A DNA stretch of 64,000 nt. It comes from Mobula hypostoma. Its lineage: Eukaryota. Position numbers and translations under genes: made by a program. The stretch spans positions 20,584,001 through 20,648,000 of the forward strand of contig NC_086123.1 in assembly GCF_963921235.1 (NCBI RefSeq). Reading direction: 5' to 3'. The notes below the pieces were generated by a model. It was not told the DNA's origin. It saw only the letters and a program-made list of their open reading frames with translations, and made no database searches. Shown in pieces: positions 1-13,636 of the stretch; within the stretch, counting starts at the first letter, position 1; each line of letters starts with the position of its first letter.

Positions 1-194
1 CTGAATTATGCAAGTAAACCCTGAAAAACGTCATTCTTTAGTCACTGAATAAGGCATTCTCTCATTACTTGTTACATATTATCACAAGGATTTTTATTTG
101 ACATTCAATACCTTTTAGCTCTGAACTCTTAAGGAAAACAAAGCACAGTACAGGAAAGATCAGAGTCAGGATACTTGAAACAACAGTATTCAGT

Positions 195-560
195 TACTGG
201 TCTACACATAGATGATGAGAGGCATTGATCGCGTGAATAGTCAGAAGCTTTATCCCTGGGCTGAAATGGCTAACACAAGAGGGCAGTTTTACAGTGCTTG
301 GAGGTAGGTACAGAGGAGATGTCAGGGTAAGTTTTTTTTTAATTAACGCAGACAGTGGTGAGTGCGTGGAATAGGCTGCTGGCGACGGTGGTGGAGGCGG
401 ATACAATAGGGTCTTTTAAGAGACCCCTGGATAGGTACATGGAGCTTAGAAAAATAGAGGGCTATGGGTATAGGTAATTTCTAAAGTAAGTACATGTTCA
501 GCACAGCATTGTGGGCCGAAGGGCCTGTATTGTGCTGTAGGTTTTCTATGATTCTATCTC
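195..560 (+). mobile_element. CR1 LINE 3' end
   Basis: 3'UTR gggccgaagggcctgtattgtgctgta and (ttctat) tail. Confidence 0.75.
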
Positions 561-1589
561 ACTTTAACAGCATCAGCATTTGAAAACTGCTGTCGTAAAA
601 GAATGCATTTGAAAATCAATTGTGTTGTTCTCCCTTCTCCCCTGGAGGAAGTGGCTCATCCTGGAGCCTCACGGTTGTCAGAAACCCTGCGACAACAGAT
701 CTCTAAGAACTCATTCTTTTATGTGAAATTGTGTATTCTTTTCAGTTGTAGAAGGTAAAGCACAACCCTACCACTGTCTAAAAAACAGCCTTGGCTTGAA
801 AGGTACAGATTAGTTCACAAGTTAGCCAATCACAATAAATGATTTTTTGATGTGGTTGCAAAGGTGGGTATTCACGTTAATTGAGGAATGCAATATACTT
901 GAACACATAAGTTGTGTTATATACCAAGTCATTATGGAATGTCTGTGGCTCACGTTGACTAGGCTGATGAAGACTGAGTGATGGGCAATAATAAAGGACT
1001 TCCAGTGTCACTATTAAAGGGGACTCGGCAAGCAGCGCTAATGAAAATCCATCATTCAAAATGCTGGAGGAATTCAGCAGGTCAGGCAGCATCTACGGAG
1101 GGGAACAAACAGTTGGTGTTTTGGGCTGAGTTCACCAGGACTGGAAAGGAAGGGGGCAGAAGCCAGAAAAAGAGGGTTTTTTTTTAGCGTGTCGCACCAG
1201 TCAGCCATTCTTGTCTGGTGTGTGGGGTCAGGATTGGTCTCCTTTCAGATTAACCGGGTCACAATATGAACGTTCCTGACTTGACCCCTTTTTTTTAAAA
1301 AACAAGGCCAAGTGGCTATCTCGACGCTCAACCCAGCACGGATGGAAAGTATGCTCAGGGGGTGGCCCGACTTGGATTTGAACTTGCTCCGGAGTCCGGC
1401 GCTGATGCCACTGCACCACCAAAGAAGAGGTGAGGGAGTGAGAGTAGAAGCTGGCAGGTGAAAGCTAAAACCAGGTGAGGGGAAGGAAGGTGCCTGGGGG
1501 TGGGGGGATAGGGAATGGTGAAGTACAGAAACTTATGAGTTTATTAATGTCACTGGTGAAATCCCACACAGGAAAAGATTTGCACTCAC

Positions 1590-1718
1590 CTTTGGTTCTT
1601 TGACTTCAAAGTCCTCTCCATACTGAATGGAAAAGTCGATGTGTTGCAAAACTATGCTAATACATTCTTCATCTGAACGGTCAAATGGCAAAAAACGAAC
1701 CATGCTGTAGTCATCAAC
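1590..1718 (-). CDS. GPN3: GPN3 exon 7 ([18 protein letters not shown]...[13 protein letters not shown])
   Basis: Manual translation; tgtag| and AAG|GTGAGT; 129 nt. Confidence 0.96.
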
Positions 1719-4700
1719 CTACAGATATTTAATAAATATAACTAAAATGATTTTAATATCTAATCCTCCAAATAGCTTATAAAATTCTGTATCCCCCAAT
1801 TTTACTACAAATAACAGGATTTAAGCCAATATTTCTAACACTAAATATGCATACACAAAAACAATTTGAAAAGACTGCTTTAGAAATGTTGGAGGTTCAT
1901 TAGCACTTTTGAGAAATATTAGTTTAAAAATCAAATCTGATTGTCAAAGTGTTTATATCAGAATATTCCCTAAATATGAATCACATATTAAAGACACCTA
2001 TACAAAATACAGCATAATTTTAGCTAAATATCTACAGAAATAATGTTTTAAGGTTTAAAACTTCCTAAATTATAAACTTTCCTATCAGTTTGTCAGTAGT
2101 AGTTTCAAAGAGTCAAAGTTCATTTATTAACAAAGTATGTATACATTATATGACTATGAGATTCATTTCCTAACAGGCAGCCATGAAACAAAGAAACCCA
2201 AAAGAACCCATATAAAAAAATATTGTTGATCACCCAACGTGTGGAGAGAAAAAAAACATCACGCCCGTACCAAAATAAAAGTACCCATTAAAAAAACTAT
2301 CGAACTGGGACCACAAAGACCACTCTGCTGGGATCATTACTAAAACAGTGAGAATTCAGATGCTCTCTGCCCCAAAAAATCAATGCTCGTAATGATTATA
2401 AATTTGCATCCTTTGGATACCGTCCTTTCTGCCGGTAAAAACAGTTTCTGTTTGCATTCTGTATCAAGCATTCCTGATTTTGAATATCAAATAACCTTTT
2501 AATTTTCTGCATGAATATTAAACTCCATACCCAATAATCTTTCATAAATGAATAGATTAAATAACTTGTGGAAAGACGGATGAATGTATATTGATAATTT
2601 AATATCTGGTATTGTTTCAAACAGAGTGAAACAGAGCATCCTATTAATCAGTCAAAAATACTTACCAATCCACAAATTGCTTTGGTGAGTTTCTTAAATT
2701 TCTTGCTTTTCCAAATATCAGAGGAGTCCTGCATCAGTGAATACATATCAGGGTCCAAATACCTTCATGAAAGGAATTAGAAGGATGTATTATTGATATT
2801 GTCAGAGAACATTTTCTGTAAATAACACACAACTGTATTGATATACAAATGTTTTGCAAAGTGGATCTCCAAGTGTTACTTCCTGTTATGCTGATAACTC
2901 AATACGATGGCACGAACACAATTTAACAGAGGAAATATGAGAAAGTTAACAGACTTTTAGGCATTTTCTTTCCAAATGCCTTTATGCTGTCCAATAATAA
3001 GCTGCACAGTAAGACAAAATTGCAATCATCTCTATTAAAACAACATTCCAACATAATGAAGGGTGAATTTGCCTGTAAGCATTTAGTTATCAGAGCAAGT
3101 GACACTTGACCTTAAAGGAAAGATGAAATGGCAAGTAGTTCACTCTATAAAGGGAACACCATAAGAGACAGAAGCAGATTTAAGCTGTTAGATACATGCG
3201 TTATGACCGAAGGAAGAAAAACGGCTGGTCTCGCTTACCACTTCAGTGCAAGGCTGTTTATTAGGTGCGTCAAAAATCAAACTTGCAAAAATTAGCAAAA
3301 ATAGAGAAAAGAAAACTGCCAATATTTACAAAAAGTTATCTACCAGAAAACACAATAGTTCTGTACTTGTACTTGACCAGTGTGAACTGCTGGCAACCCT
3401 GAACTCTCCTACTAAGAGCGAAGAGGCCCGTTTATTAGGCACCAGGACACACCATCTTTAAGAACCAAAGGTAACTTAAGACTACACATAAATTAGAATA
3501 CGATGCACCCCACAATGTAGTTATAATCATATTACAAAACAAACGGAAATATCTACCTGAAATACCGTATACAAACAACATATATCCATTTACACATCCC
3601 CACTACTAAAGAGATGAAACATTGTGAAGAGTGTGGTGGGAAAGGCACCATTCAGCAAATCCAATAAGAAAATATACCAGGGGAAGACATTGAAGCGTGC
3701 ACACTTGGCGCAACAACAGAATGACGGGGGGGGGGGTGTCTGTCTCCGTCACATAGGCCATTTGGTCCATTGGGTAGGCTGGCAAAAAGGTAAAAATGTA
3801 TATTCCAGGGACCAGAAAAAACCAATGGAAGGATGGAAACTGAGCATCTCAGTCCAGCCAACACTGCTTGCATGACAAATGCCAACAAAATACCCTTATC
3901 CTGAGCTGCCTAATATTACTGTAGAAGCATGTAAACTAACATAAATTGTCTTACTACACTAATGCATATGCCTATCAAGATGAAGGGGTAGTACTGCTAG
4001 GACTGGCCCGCTGTACAACTAAATCTTGAACTATGTTTATTTCCAGTATATTGCTTTAAACACAGAAGTTTGAAGTAGGAATTTTACATACATTATGATT
4101 TTCCTTTTCTTTAGTAAATTTAAAATTCAATCCAGCAAGGCTTGAACATTTATTTGGAAGTTATATTGTGGATTTGCCTTACAGTTGGAAAAGAAAATTG
4201 CAGGCAAAGTAAGGTCAGTATTTAGTGTCCATCTCCAATTCCCAAATCATTTCAGATGGTGTCTAAGAACTCATGGGGTAAGGAAAGTCATTTCCTTCTC
4301 TTAAGGACATAAGTGATCCACTTATATTTTTATAATTAAAAGGTATCTTGAGGAGTTCTCACTTATTATTTTAACCACGTCCTCTCTGAGCAGTTGTACT
4401 TCACTGACTTCAGAACATCGAAGAGTACAACACAGGAACAGGCCATTCAGCCCACAATGTTGTGCTGAACCTGCTAAAAAGCAAATCAAAAACACCCAAA
4501 CGCTAATCTCATCATCTTCCTTATATCTATGTGACTACTCAAACATCTCTTAAAAGCCTCAAATGTATTTACCTCTACCACCATTCCAGGCATCCACCAC
4601 TCTGAGTAAAATAATTTACCCTTCATATCCCCTTTGAACCTACCCCCTCTCATCTACAATGCATGCCCTCTGGTATTAGACATTTCAACCTTGGGAAACA

Positions 4701-7700
4701 GATATTCCCTATCTACTCTATGCCTCTCAATCTTATAAACTTCTATCAGATCTCCCCTCAGCCTGCAACACTCCAGAGAAAACAATCCAAGGTTGTATAG
4801 CCTCGAGATAGCACATGCCCTCTAAACCAGACAGGATCCTGATAAACCTCTTTTGCACCCTCTCCAAAGCCTCAACATCTTTCCTATAGTGGGGTGACCA
4901 GAACTGTGCACAATTCCCAGATGTGACCGAACCAGAGTTTTATAAAGCTGCAACACAACCTCCTGACTTTTGAACTCAGTGCCTCAACTAATAAAAGTAT
5001 TCCATAAGTCTTCTTCACCACTTTATCAACCTGTGTAGCCACTTTCAAGGATCTGTGAACTTGGATCCCAAGACCTCTATGGTCAGCAACACTGTTAAGG
5101 ACCTTGCCCATAACAGTGTACTGTCTCCTCATATTGCCCTACTGAGGTGCAACACCTCACGTTATTGGAGTTAAACTCCATCTGCCATTCCTCAGCCCAA
5201 ATCTGCAACTGGTCTGTATCATGCCATATTCTTTGCCAGTCTTCTACACCATCCACAACTCCACCAATCTCGGTATCATTCGCAAATTTACTAACCCACC
5301 CTCCCACATTTTCATCCAGCTCACTTATATACATTACAAACAGCAAAGGTCCCTATGGAAGTCCACTAATTACAGAGCTCCAGCTTGAATAACTACCCTC
5401 TGTCTTCTATGCGCAAGCCAGCTCTCCCATCATTTTATGGCTACACCAACACATTCAGAAGCATCATCAAATCTTTTTCAAGTATGTACTGAACTGTTTC
5501 AGTTACGTCCATTTCTTTAGTTGTACGGCACTGGAAGAGTCCAGAGTATAGTTACTTCCGGGCCTTTTTTCAAGTCTCTGTACATGCTTAATATGAATTA
5601 TACTTCAGATGGGGTTGACAGGTAGCAATCTTTGACGGTCTGTGGGCTTGAGTAAATATTCCCAGTAGAAACTTCAGTGCAACTCCAGCATGGACGGTTC
5701 CAAGCCTGGCTGTGGAAAGAAGAGGACTGGGCACGGGGCCAGCAACCCCCGTCCCATAAAGAAAGTGCTACAGAAACGCCAACAGAAGCTGTAAAGACCT
5801 CGAGGACTCTGGCAAGCTGCTGTCGGTAGCCTATGCCCCAGTCGGGGTGACAGGCTTAAGTAATTCATGTAAGAAACACGAGAAAATTTGCAGGCGCTGG
5901 AAATTCAAAGTGACACACACAAAATGCTGGAGGAACTCAGCGGGTCAGGTGTGAAATAAGGTTTCACTTACTTTTCAATTTCTTTCTTTGCTTTCTTGTT
6001 AAGTAAGTCCATTTTTGTCATGATGTTGACCTGCGGAATTTCCAGAGAGACCATGGCGCTGAGAGCTGCCATTACTCCTGACACAAACTAAGAAAATTAT
6101 GATGTTACATATTTCATATTTTGCAGTGAAAGACAGAATTAAGCCATTCATATACAAATAATAAAACTCATACAGAATTTAAGTTTGTTGATGGAAAGAT
6201 TTGGACTAAATATGCAATATAAAATCACAGATTTTATTTGTAATCTGTTGATTCTGATCATCTCAGCTGGTGCAATACATCTTCTTTTGTGCTAATGGCC
6301 CCTATCAGGAGGGTGCATTACTGCCACCTACTGTTGTGGAGTATGAAAGGAGCCATGACAAGGATCAGATTCTGCCTCCCAAACCTGTTTTACTTACAAA
6401 GTTCCCCAGGTCCCGACACGACTTAACTGTCTCTGCTTCAGGTGCCAGAATGTCTCGCAAACTAGGCACTCCCGTTCTGCCCAGTAGTTGTCTCAACAGC
6501 TTCCTACATTCCAACGAGTACATGTGGCACACCGTGATCACGTCTTTACAAAAATAAGACCACCCGTTCCCATGCTTACCAACAAACGCCACAGTGGAGT
6601 GCAAACCCAGACGTCCAAACCAGTCTTGCTGACCACACATCCTTCCCAAAAGCAACCCCCCACCCCACCCCCAAACTGACGGAAACAAATTGTTATACCA
6701 CCTCCCTGGTGCACCCCATCCCACAATTTCTGCCATTTCCCAATCCCAGCCAACCAAATACAAGATCTGGCTTCTTACTTTCCCATAGTGACTATAATAT
6801 CTACCTCCGACTTTGTAAGCACCTGCTCGGTTATAACATCTGCCCTTTCATTACCCGACAACCAAGAGTCAGTAGGAAATGACCCCAATGTTTTTAATCT
6901 GAAATGAGGAAAAATTCTTTGGAAATTGATCTCATGAAAAGCCCAGCCGAATTAACTCGTAGGGACCTGTATCAGACAAAACTATTGCTCTTTAGTCAAA
7001 TAGCCAAATGGTATTCATGATCTAATCCTTAAATTAATTGTTCTCCACTTTGTCAAAAACTTTAAACTAAATGTAAACAAAGGAAAATAAATCTGGGATC
7101 AAATTATATTGCACTTTATTCTTTTACATGTCACTCACCTTAATAAAAATCTGCATATCTGATAACATGAGTTTCTAATAAGGCAGTGGCATCAACCTCA
7201 AATATTGAATTCCATAAAATGGAGGCCATTACCTTAAATGACTCCACCATAAATTGAGAATCAACAAGAAATACACCACAAACACGGAATTCCCACTGCT
7301 GTAACTGTTCGACAAGCTGCTTCATTATTGGCAGGTGTGTATATAGCTCAATCTGTCCTGTAAATAACAAATAAAGACACATTAGTGTAGACACCATTTG
7401 TAGATCCAGCAATCAAATCATAAAGGGCTCTATTACAAAGTGAGTCTGGAAATGCAACTCCTGAGGGGTGCCTACTCACAGCCCCTATCACGGTCAATTT
7501 ACAACAGAGGTGCTGCCTCCCCAACAGCCTCCAAATTGACTGGCATTATGGGCAATTCATTGAGTGACCTCTCCCAGGCCAACATCAAGGCTCTGATTAT
7601 GCTCAGATGGGCAGGCCACATTAAACTGCAGACTTCCAAGCCCAAGATTAACTACTCCTCCAAGCTCCCACATCATTACCATTTCTCTGAGGACACAGAA

Positions 7701-10700
7701 TACACTTCAAAGGCTCCTTGAAGAAATATGACATCCTCACTGAATCACGGTAATTCCTGCACTGAGACTGTTCTACGACATAAGAGCATCGAAGGTACTG
7801 AGCAGTTCATGTTTCTTCAAAAGAAGTAAGAGGGTGTGCAACAATTGAAATAACCAATACTTTCACACCATCAAAACATCTAACTTGTTATTCCTCTGTT
7901 TTGCAGAAGTTTTATGTAATTTATAGATTCTTACTGTATGTCTTTGCACAAGACTGCAGCCAGAAAACAAATAAATTCATGTTACATGTCAGTGAGAGTA
8001 AATCTGATTCTGCTGCTTTGGTGATGTCTGTTACCCCAGAACCCACGAAGCAAGTCAACCTCAATCTTGAAGCTCCACCCAAAGTAATCTCTAGACCATT
8101 GGAGAAGATAAATGTAACTTGCTGCCTACCTGGACAGTCGAATAGTATATAATCATCTTCCACGTGGCCAAGGCAATCTGCCAACCAATCAAAGTTGTTG
8201 GCAAAGTATTCCATGCAGAAAATGAGTCCACCGTTTGGGCCAAACCTTAACGTTTCATCCTCCATCACATCTTCCACTTGGATAAGCTCCCGGATATCTG
8301 CATCCATTAACAGTAGAAAGATTAACGCACTGTGATATTTCAAGTTCAAAGAATTGCTATTTTAAAACTGGGCATTACATCAAAATAATGATTTCTAAAC
8401 AAGCACAATTCAACGAATTGTATAAGAATGTTGAAAATAGAATTTTTAACAAACTAAGTTTTAATTTTCTTTTATAAAAACCAATCGTTATGACTATGAA
8501 ATAAATGTCATGACTATGAAATAAATGTCATAGAATCAGGATTAAATATTTTAATTTGGACCTTTCAGGATTATTAAGAATATTGATAAAAATTGAGAGG
8601 GAATTTACTCAATATTAAAGGACCACAATGTCAAAATATTGAAGAAAGTCATCGGATTTTTCAATAGATATTGTCTTAGACTTGAGAGTAAATCACCACA
8701 AAATGAAATCTGAAGTATTAACCTATTTAAAGTTATTTGAAATAACGTATAACATATTTGAAATTTAAAGTATTAGGAAGGACCAGCTAAATTTCCCAGA
8801 AGGGAAAGGGATTGAGAGATATCAAGCTTAAGTGGAATTAAGGTTAACCTGTTTACTGGATACTGTGATAAGATTTCCTATTAAACATTATTCCAAAGAC
8901 TTTCCTATTGTATAATATATTTTGATACATTTCAATAGATTACTGTGAGTTTTTACTACTAAGGTATAATTGTTTGCATAAGACTGTCATGGATATTCAC
9001 TGTCCAGTGGAAGCAGGGGTGTGGGGGCTTTCTTTCTGAACACTAGCAGCTGACACTTCAAATAGTCAGAGTGTTATTTTTGGGTAAGTTAAACTTCCAA
9101 CCAATATCCTTTGTTTACCTTCTGGTCGTAAGTGGGGACCAGTCTTCAGTGCTTAATTTAAATGGCAGTAGAGCTACTAGGACTTGATGTTTCAATCCCT
9201 ATGGTAAGTTGGCACTCTCGATGTTGGCAGTGGGTTTGGAGTGGTGACAAGAAGGGAGGGTAGGTACGTCATCGGCGTCATCAGGTGGGCACCCTCCTTC
9301 TTTGACGTTTCGTTGATACGTCAAAAGCAATAGTAGGTTTCAATTTAAAAGGACAGCTTTGCAAACAAGCACCATCTATATAGCACAGGATGCTGGCTCA
9401 CAGCACGGGGCTTACTACTCAAGAGGTGCAGTATAAGACAATGATGTTATGTTAATTGGGCTTATATCAAACCAGACAATGCTGGCTAAGTTATTTAGTT
9501 TGAGGAAACTTGCAGACCAAATTGATAACATCACTTAGCATATCAAAAGGCGGATCTGTTAATAGTTGGAAGGTTTATGTACTCAGGGAATCAGCTTTGC
9601 AGAATTAATTGTGGGTACCTGGGACTCTGTCTCCAGAAACTTTTAAACCACCTGTGTGAAAATGTATCTGAAAAAAAATCACGAGTACGAAGTCACAGAA
9701 AAAGTGACAGAAAAACATTATAAATAGAGAGAGCAGTCCAGGCTTGTCGGGAATGGTCCAATAACATCATGAATAGCAGAAAGATGGGGGCAAGGAGGAC
9801 TATAATTCATTCCACTGTCTTGAATTCCCACAACGGATGAATTGGTTGCCTGCAGCCCACTGTACCTGTGTTTTGGAAATCCTTTGTGTTTTTACAAATG
9901 GTTTGTAATTTAGAAAGCATTTGTAAGATAGAAATCCTCTATGTTCTAAGTTTTGTTTCAATAATGTTAAAATTTAAACATAGTTCACTGAAAATAAATG
10001 AACTGTGTAAATGAACACAAGAGATTCTGCAGGTGCTGGAAATCCTGACTAACACACACAACATGCTGGAGGAACTCAGCAGGTCAGGCAGCATCTATGG
10101 AAATGAATAAACAGTCGACACTTTGGGCCGACACTCTTCTTCAGGACTTACTGAATGACTTTGTTAGTTGGAAGCATCTTCTCTTTGGTAGCGAGGGGGT
10201 TCAAAAAGTGAGTAGTGGCAGCTAAACTCACCATGGAAGATAAACAGGGAAGTGAACTAGATTTTGAACTTTGGGTAGTTACAGTACAACCTCCTTTTAA
10301 TGAGAGTACCTGTGGTTATCTATATCAGGTAGGGTTTAAGGTCTTTGAGCTCAGAACTTCACTGTCACTAACACAATACCATCACAAGGCTACGTTAGTT
10401 GTTTAATGCACAATGATTAAGTACATTTGTAAATCTCATATGTTTTTAAATGATCATTTTAAAGGTATTTTGCAAAGTCAACTTACCTGCCAGGACAGGA
10501 TAGTCAAAGTATTCAGCAGCAGGGTCAAGATTTACCACTTGTACTGACCGATTCAACACCTCACAGTGCTGCTGCAGGGTAGAACAGTAAGTACTCTGAA
10601 ATTAAAGAGCAACTTTTACACACCTCACGGTAAATACATCAATTAAATAACACAGAATTCTCAAAGAGACTGCAGGGGAAAAACATAAGATTGCTGAAGG

Positions 10701-13636
10701 ATGTCAGCAGGTCTAGTTGTATCTGTGGGTGGGGAAGGAATCGTTGACCTTTCAGTTTGAAACCCTGAATCAGAATAGGTGCTGCATCTGTATCCAAAAT
10801 GTTGACAATTCCCTTCCCCGCACAAACTCTGCTTGACCCACTAACTGCCTCCAGCTGTTGAAGGCCTTTTTGCATTAAATTTTTCTATGTCTTGTCACAT
10901 ACGACTTGAAATTTGCGATATTGTGAAGGATTATTTCAGAAACATACCACATCAAAACCCATTGATAGTCAATCCAAAATTATACATTTAGGTTAACCAT
11001 AATTTCCTATTAATTTTATAGAATTATTTTCCCATGACTACATAATCACTGTCACAACCTATCATACAGTACTGTAAAGAAAATACAGCTGCAAGAACAA
11101 ATTTGTGGACCCTTTGCAATGACCTGGTTTTCTGCATTAATTACTCATAAAATGTAGTCTGATCTTCATCCAAGTCACAATAACAAACACAATCTGCCTC
11201 AAGAAATAACACACAAACAACTGTACTACTTCTTGTCAATACTGAGTACTCTATTTAAACAATCACGGTTCAGGTTCTCTGAATCTCTGGCGTAATGCTT
11301 TCTACAAAAGCTATTTGGAGTCAGGTGTTCCAATCAATGAGATGAGATTGGAGATGTGGGTTGTGGAGGTGCCCTGCCCTATATAAAAAAAGAAAGTCAG
11401 ATTATTGACAGAGCCTGTTCCTCTTGAGAAAGATTTGTTTATGTGCACCATGTCTTGATCAAAACAACTTTCAGAGGACCATAGAAGAATTAGAGAGATG
11501 CATGAAGCTGGAAAAGGCTACAAAAGCATTTCTAAACGCCTGAGTTTTCATCAATCCACAGTAAGAGAAATTGTCTACAAATGGAGGAAACTCAGTACTG
11601 TTATTACCCTCACTAGGAATGGGCATCCTGCAAAGATCACGCCAAGAGCACAACATGCAATGCTGAAGGAGGTGACAAAGAACCCAAAGGTAACAGCAAA
11701 AGACCTGCAGAAATCTCTAGAACTTGCTAAAGTCTCTGTTCATGTCTCCACTAGAAGAAAATCACTGAACAGGAATGGTGCCCGTGGAAGGACACCACGG
11801 TGGAAACCACTTCTCTCCAAAAAAAAAAACCAATGCTGCACTTCTCAAGCTTACAAAAGACTACCTGGATGTTCCACAACGCTTCTGGGACAATGTTCTG
11901 TGGACAGCTGAGACAAAAGTTGAACCTTTTGGCAGAAATGCACACCACTATGTTTGGAGGAGAAAGGGCACTGCACACCAACACCAAAACCTCATCCCAA
12001 CTGTGAAGCATGGTGGAAGGAGCATCAAGGTTTGGGGCTGCTCTGCTACCTCAGGGCCTGGACAGCTTGCAGTCGTTGAGGGAACAATGAATTTAAAATT
12101 GTATCAAGACACTTTTACAGGAGAATGTCAGGATAGCGGTCTGTCAGCTGAAGCTTAATGGAAGTTGGTTGATGCAACAAGACAATGATCCAAAACACAA
12201 GGGTAACTCAACAACAGAATGGTTTAAAAAGAAGAAAATTTGCGTTTTGGGATGGCCAAGTCAGAGCCCAGACCTTAACCCAATTGAGATGCTGTGGCAT
12301 GACTTCATGCAAGGCATCCCAGAAATATTGATGAACTGAAACAGTTCTATATGGAGGAATGGTCTAAAATTCCTCCTCACCATTCTGATCAGCAGCTACA
12401 GGCAACATTTGGTAGAGGTTATTGCTGCCAAAGGAGGTTCCACTAGTTATTAAATACAAAGGCTGTGAATGATTAAACAAGGTGTTCAATAAAGACATGA
12501 AAAGTAGAATTATTTGTGCATTATTAGTTTAGGCAGATTGTGTTTGTCTATTATTGTGACTAGATGAAGAACAAACCACATTTTATGAGTAATTAATGCA
12601 GAAAAGCAGGTAATTGCAAAAGGTTCAGAAACTTGCAACTGTACATCAACAGATGTAGTGTAATGGTTAGCACAGTGCTTTACCGTACAGGCGACCTGGG
12701 TTCAATTCCCACTGCTGCCTGTAAGGAGTACGTTCTCCCCGTGACCACAGGGGTTTCCTCTGGGTGCTCTAGTTTCCTCCCACAGCCCAAAGACGTGCCA
12801 GTTGGTAGGTTACTTGGTTATATATATGATTAGGCTAGGGTTAAATCAGGGGATTGCTGGGCAGCGTCGCTCCAAGGGCCTATTCTGTGCTGTATCTCAA
12901 CAAATAAATAAATGCCTGTTATAACTTAAAGTGCAAAAAGATTTTATCAAGTATTTCAGATTAAGCAGCAAAAAAAATGAAGTATACATTAAGATGTCAA
13001 AACTTTTGTACAAAAAATGGTATTCTTGGAAGACTAATGTAAATACAGCCACAAAATTTTGTCCATGAGCTGAACCTTTTGTTATTATTGATCTATAGAG
13101 TGGACCAAGAATAAATGAAAATTAAGAAGTGGTTTTAGGTTCCCTGTTAATAAAAAGTTGAACATTTTTTTAAATTATAAGGGATCTAATTAGAAGTTTG
13201 CTGTTTGATACCCTGGGGAATGAAATGAATCACCAATAAAGGTTAACAGAAAGGTTAAAATACATTTCTTAATGGCGTTGTGAAACACGAAATGCTTTGG
13301 GTCAAGGACCATTGCATCTTTAATGGCTCTTTGCTGCATAAATGCTACAGTCTGAGTCTGAAGCCTCGAGGAATTATCTGCATCTCAAACATCATTAAAT
13401 CCACAACAGAATAACTGGAAAAAGGTTTGTTTTTGTACTGGGTTGGTAGTACTTGAACAAAAGCACGAGGGAAGGTCCAGTTCACAGCGAATTCAGGCCC
13501 AACTCCTCCACTCAACTTTGGGGAGCTGCGAGTTTGAATATCCACTCTCCACGAAAGTGCGCCATTTGCCGGCGGAGTCGGTAAGTACCTTTCCACTGCC
13601 GGCGGGCCCCATCACGAGCTGGGCGTATCGAGGCAT
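1590..13636 (-). CDS. GPN3: GPN-loop GTPase 3, spliced CDS join(13589-13636,10487-10595,8130-8297,7233-7357,5972-6087,2666-2762,1590-1718); final exon not identified in window
   Basis: Spliced translation [20 protein letters not shown]...FGPNGGL...DCPGQIE...[13 protein letters not shown] has the P-loop, GPN motif and DxPGQ. All junctions are GT-AG and phase-consistent. Confidence 0.97.
2666..2762 (-). CDS. GPN3: GPN3 exon 6 ([32 protein letters not shown])
   Basis: Manual translation; aag| and TTG|GTAAGT; 97 nt. Confidence 0.95.
4410..5420 (-). mobile_element. CR1-clade LINE 3' fragment
   Basis: ORFs with [11 protein letters not shown] and [14 protein letters not shown]-terminal motifs. Confidence 0.88.
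5972..6087 (-). CDS. GPN3: GPN3 exon 5 ([38 protein letters not shown])
   Basis: Manual translation, G4-like TKMD; tttcttag| and |GTAAGT; 116 nt. Confidence 0.96.
7233..7357 (-). CDS. GPN3: GPN3 exon 4 ([10 protein letters not shown]...VESFK)
   Basis: Inside ORF 7140..7412; ttacag| and AAG|GTAATG; 125 nt. Confidence 0.96.
8130..8297 (-). CDS. GPN3: GPN3 exon 3 ([12 protein letters not shown]...FGPNGGL...FDCP)
   Basis: GPN motif inside ORF 7921..8349; 168 nt; AG/GT boundaries. Confidence 0.97.
10014..10148 (-). mobile_element. Penelope-like pLTR fragment (related copies at about 1060-1160, 5875-5950, 36660-36780)
   Basis: Shared tgctggaggaactcagcaggtcaggcagcatc core; decayed HHR. Confidence 0.75.
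10487..10595 (-). CDS. GPN3: GPN3 exon 2 ([36 protein letters not shown])
   Basis: ttcag| acceptor, G|GTAAGT donor, NLDPA motif, 109 nt. Confidence 0.96.
11086..12641 (+). mobile_element. Full-length inactive Tc1/mariner DNA transposon
   Basis: TA duplications at 11084-85 and 12642-43; long imperfect TIRs (CAG[C/T]TGCAAG...TTCTGCATTAATTACTCATAAAATG). Transposase motifs [34 protein letters not shown] with frameshifts and stops. Confidence 0.95.
12652..12912 (+). mobile_element. tRNA-derived V-SINE (HE1-like)
   Basis: A/B-box-like head (GGTTCAATTCC), V-domain GGTTTCCTCTGGGTGCTCTAGTTTCCTCCCACA, AAAT tail. Confidence 0.8.
13589..13636 (-). CDS. GPN3: GPN3 coding exon 1 ([16 protein letters not shown])
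   Basis: ATG at 13636, P-loop start, donor AAG|GTACTT. Confidence 0.95.

Noticed and set aside
616-702. Possible GPN3 terminal exon on - (tag|RSVVAGFLTTVRLQDEPLPPGEKGEQHN*)
   Set aside because: Weak pyrimidine tract and no resemblance to the short acidic GPN3 tail. The true exon 8 probably lies left of the window; positions 1-30 read as acceptor-like ...ttcag on -.
8490-8531. 20-bp tandem duplication (a similar one near 21281-21319)
   Set aside because: Two-unit slippage duplications; not CRISPR or a functional array.
12652-12725. tRNA-like sequence
   Set aside because: SINE head continuing into a V-domain; no full cloverleaf.
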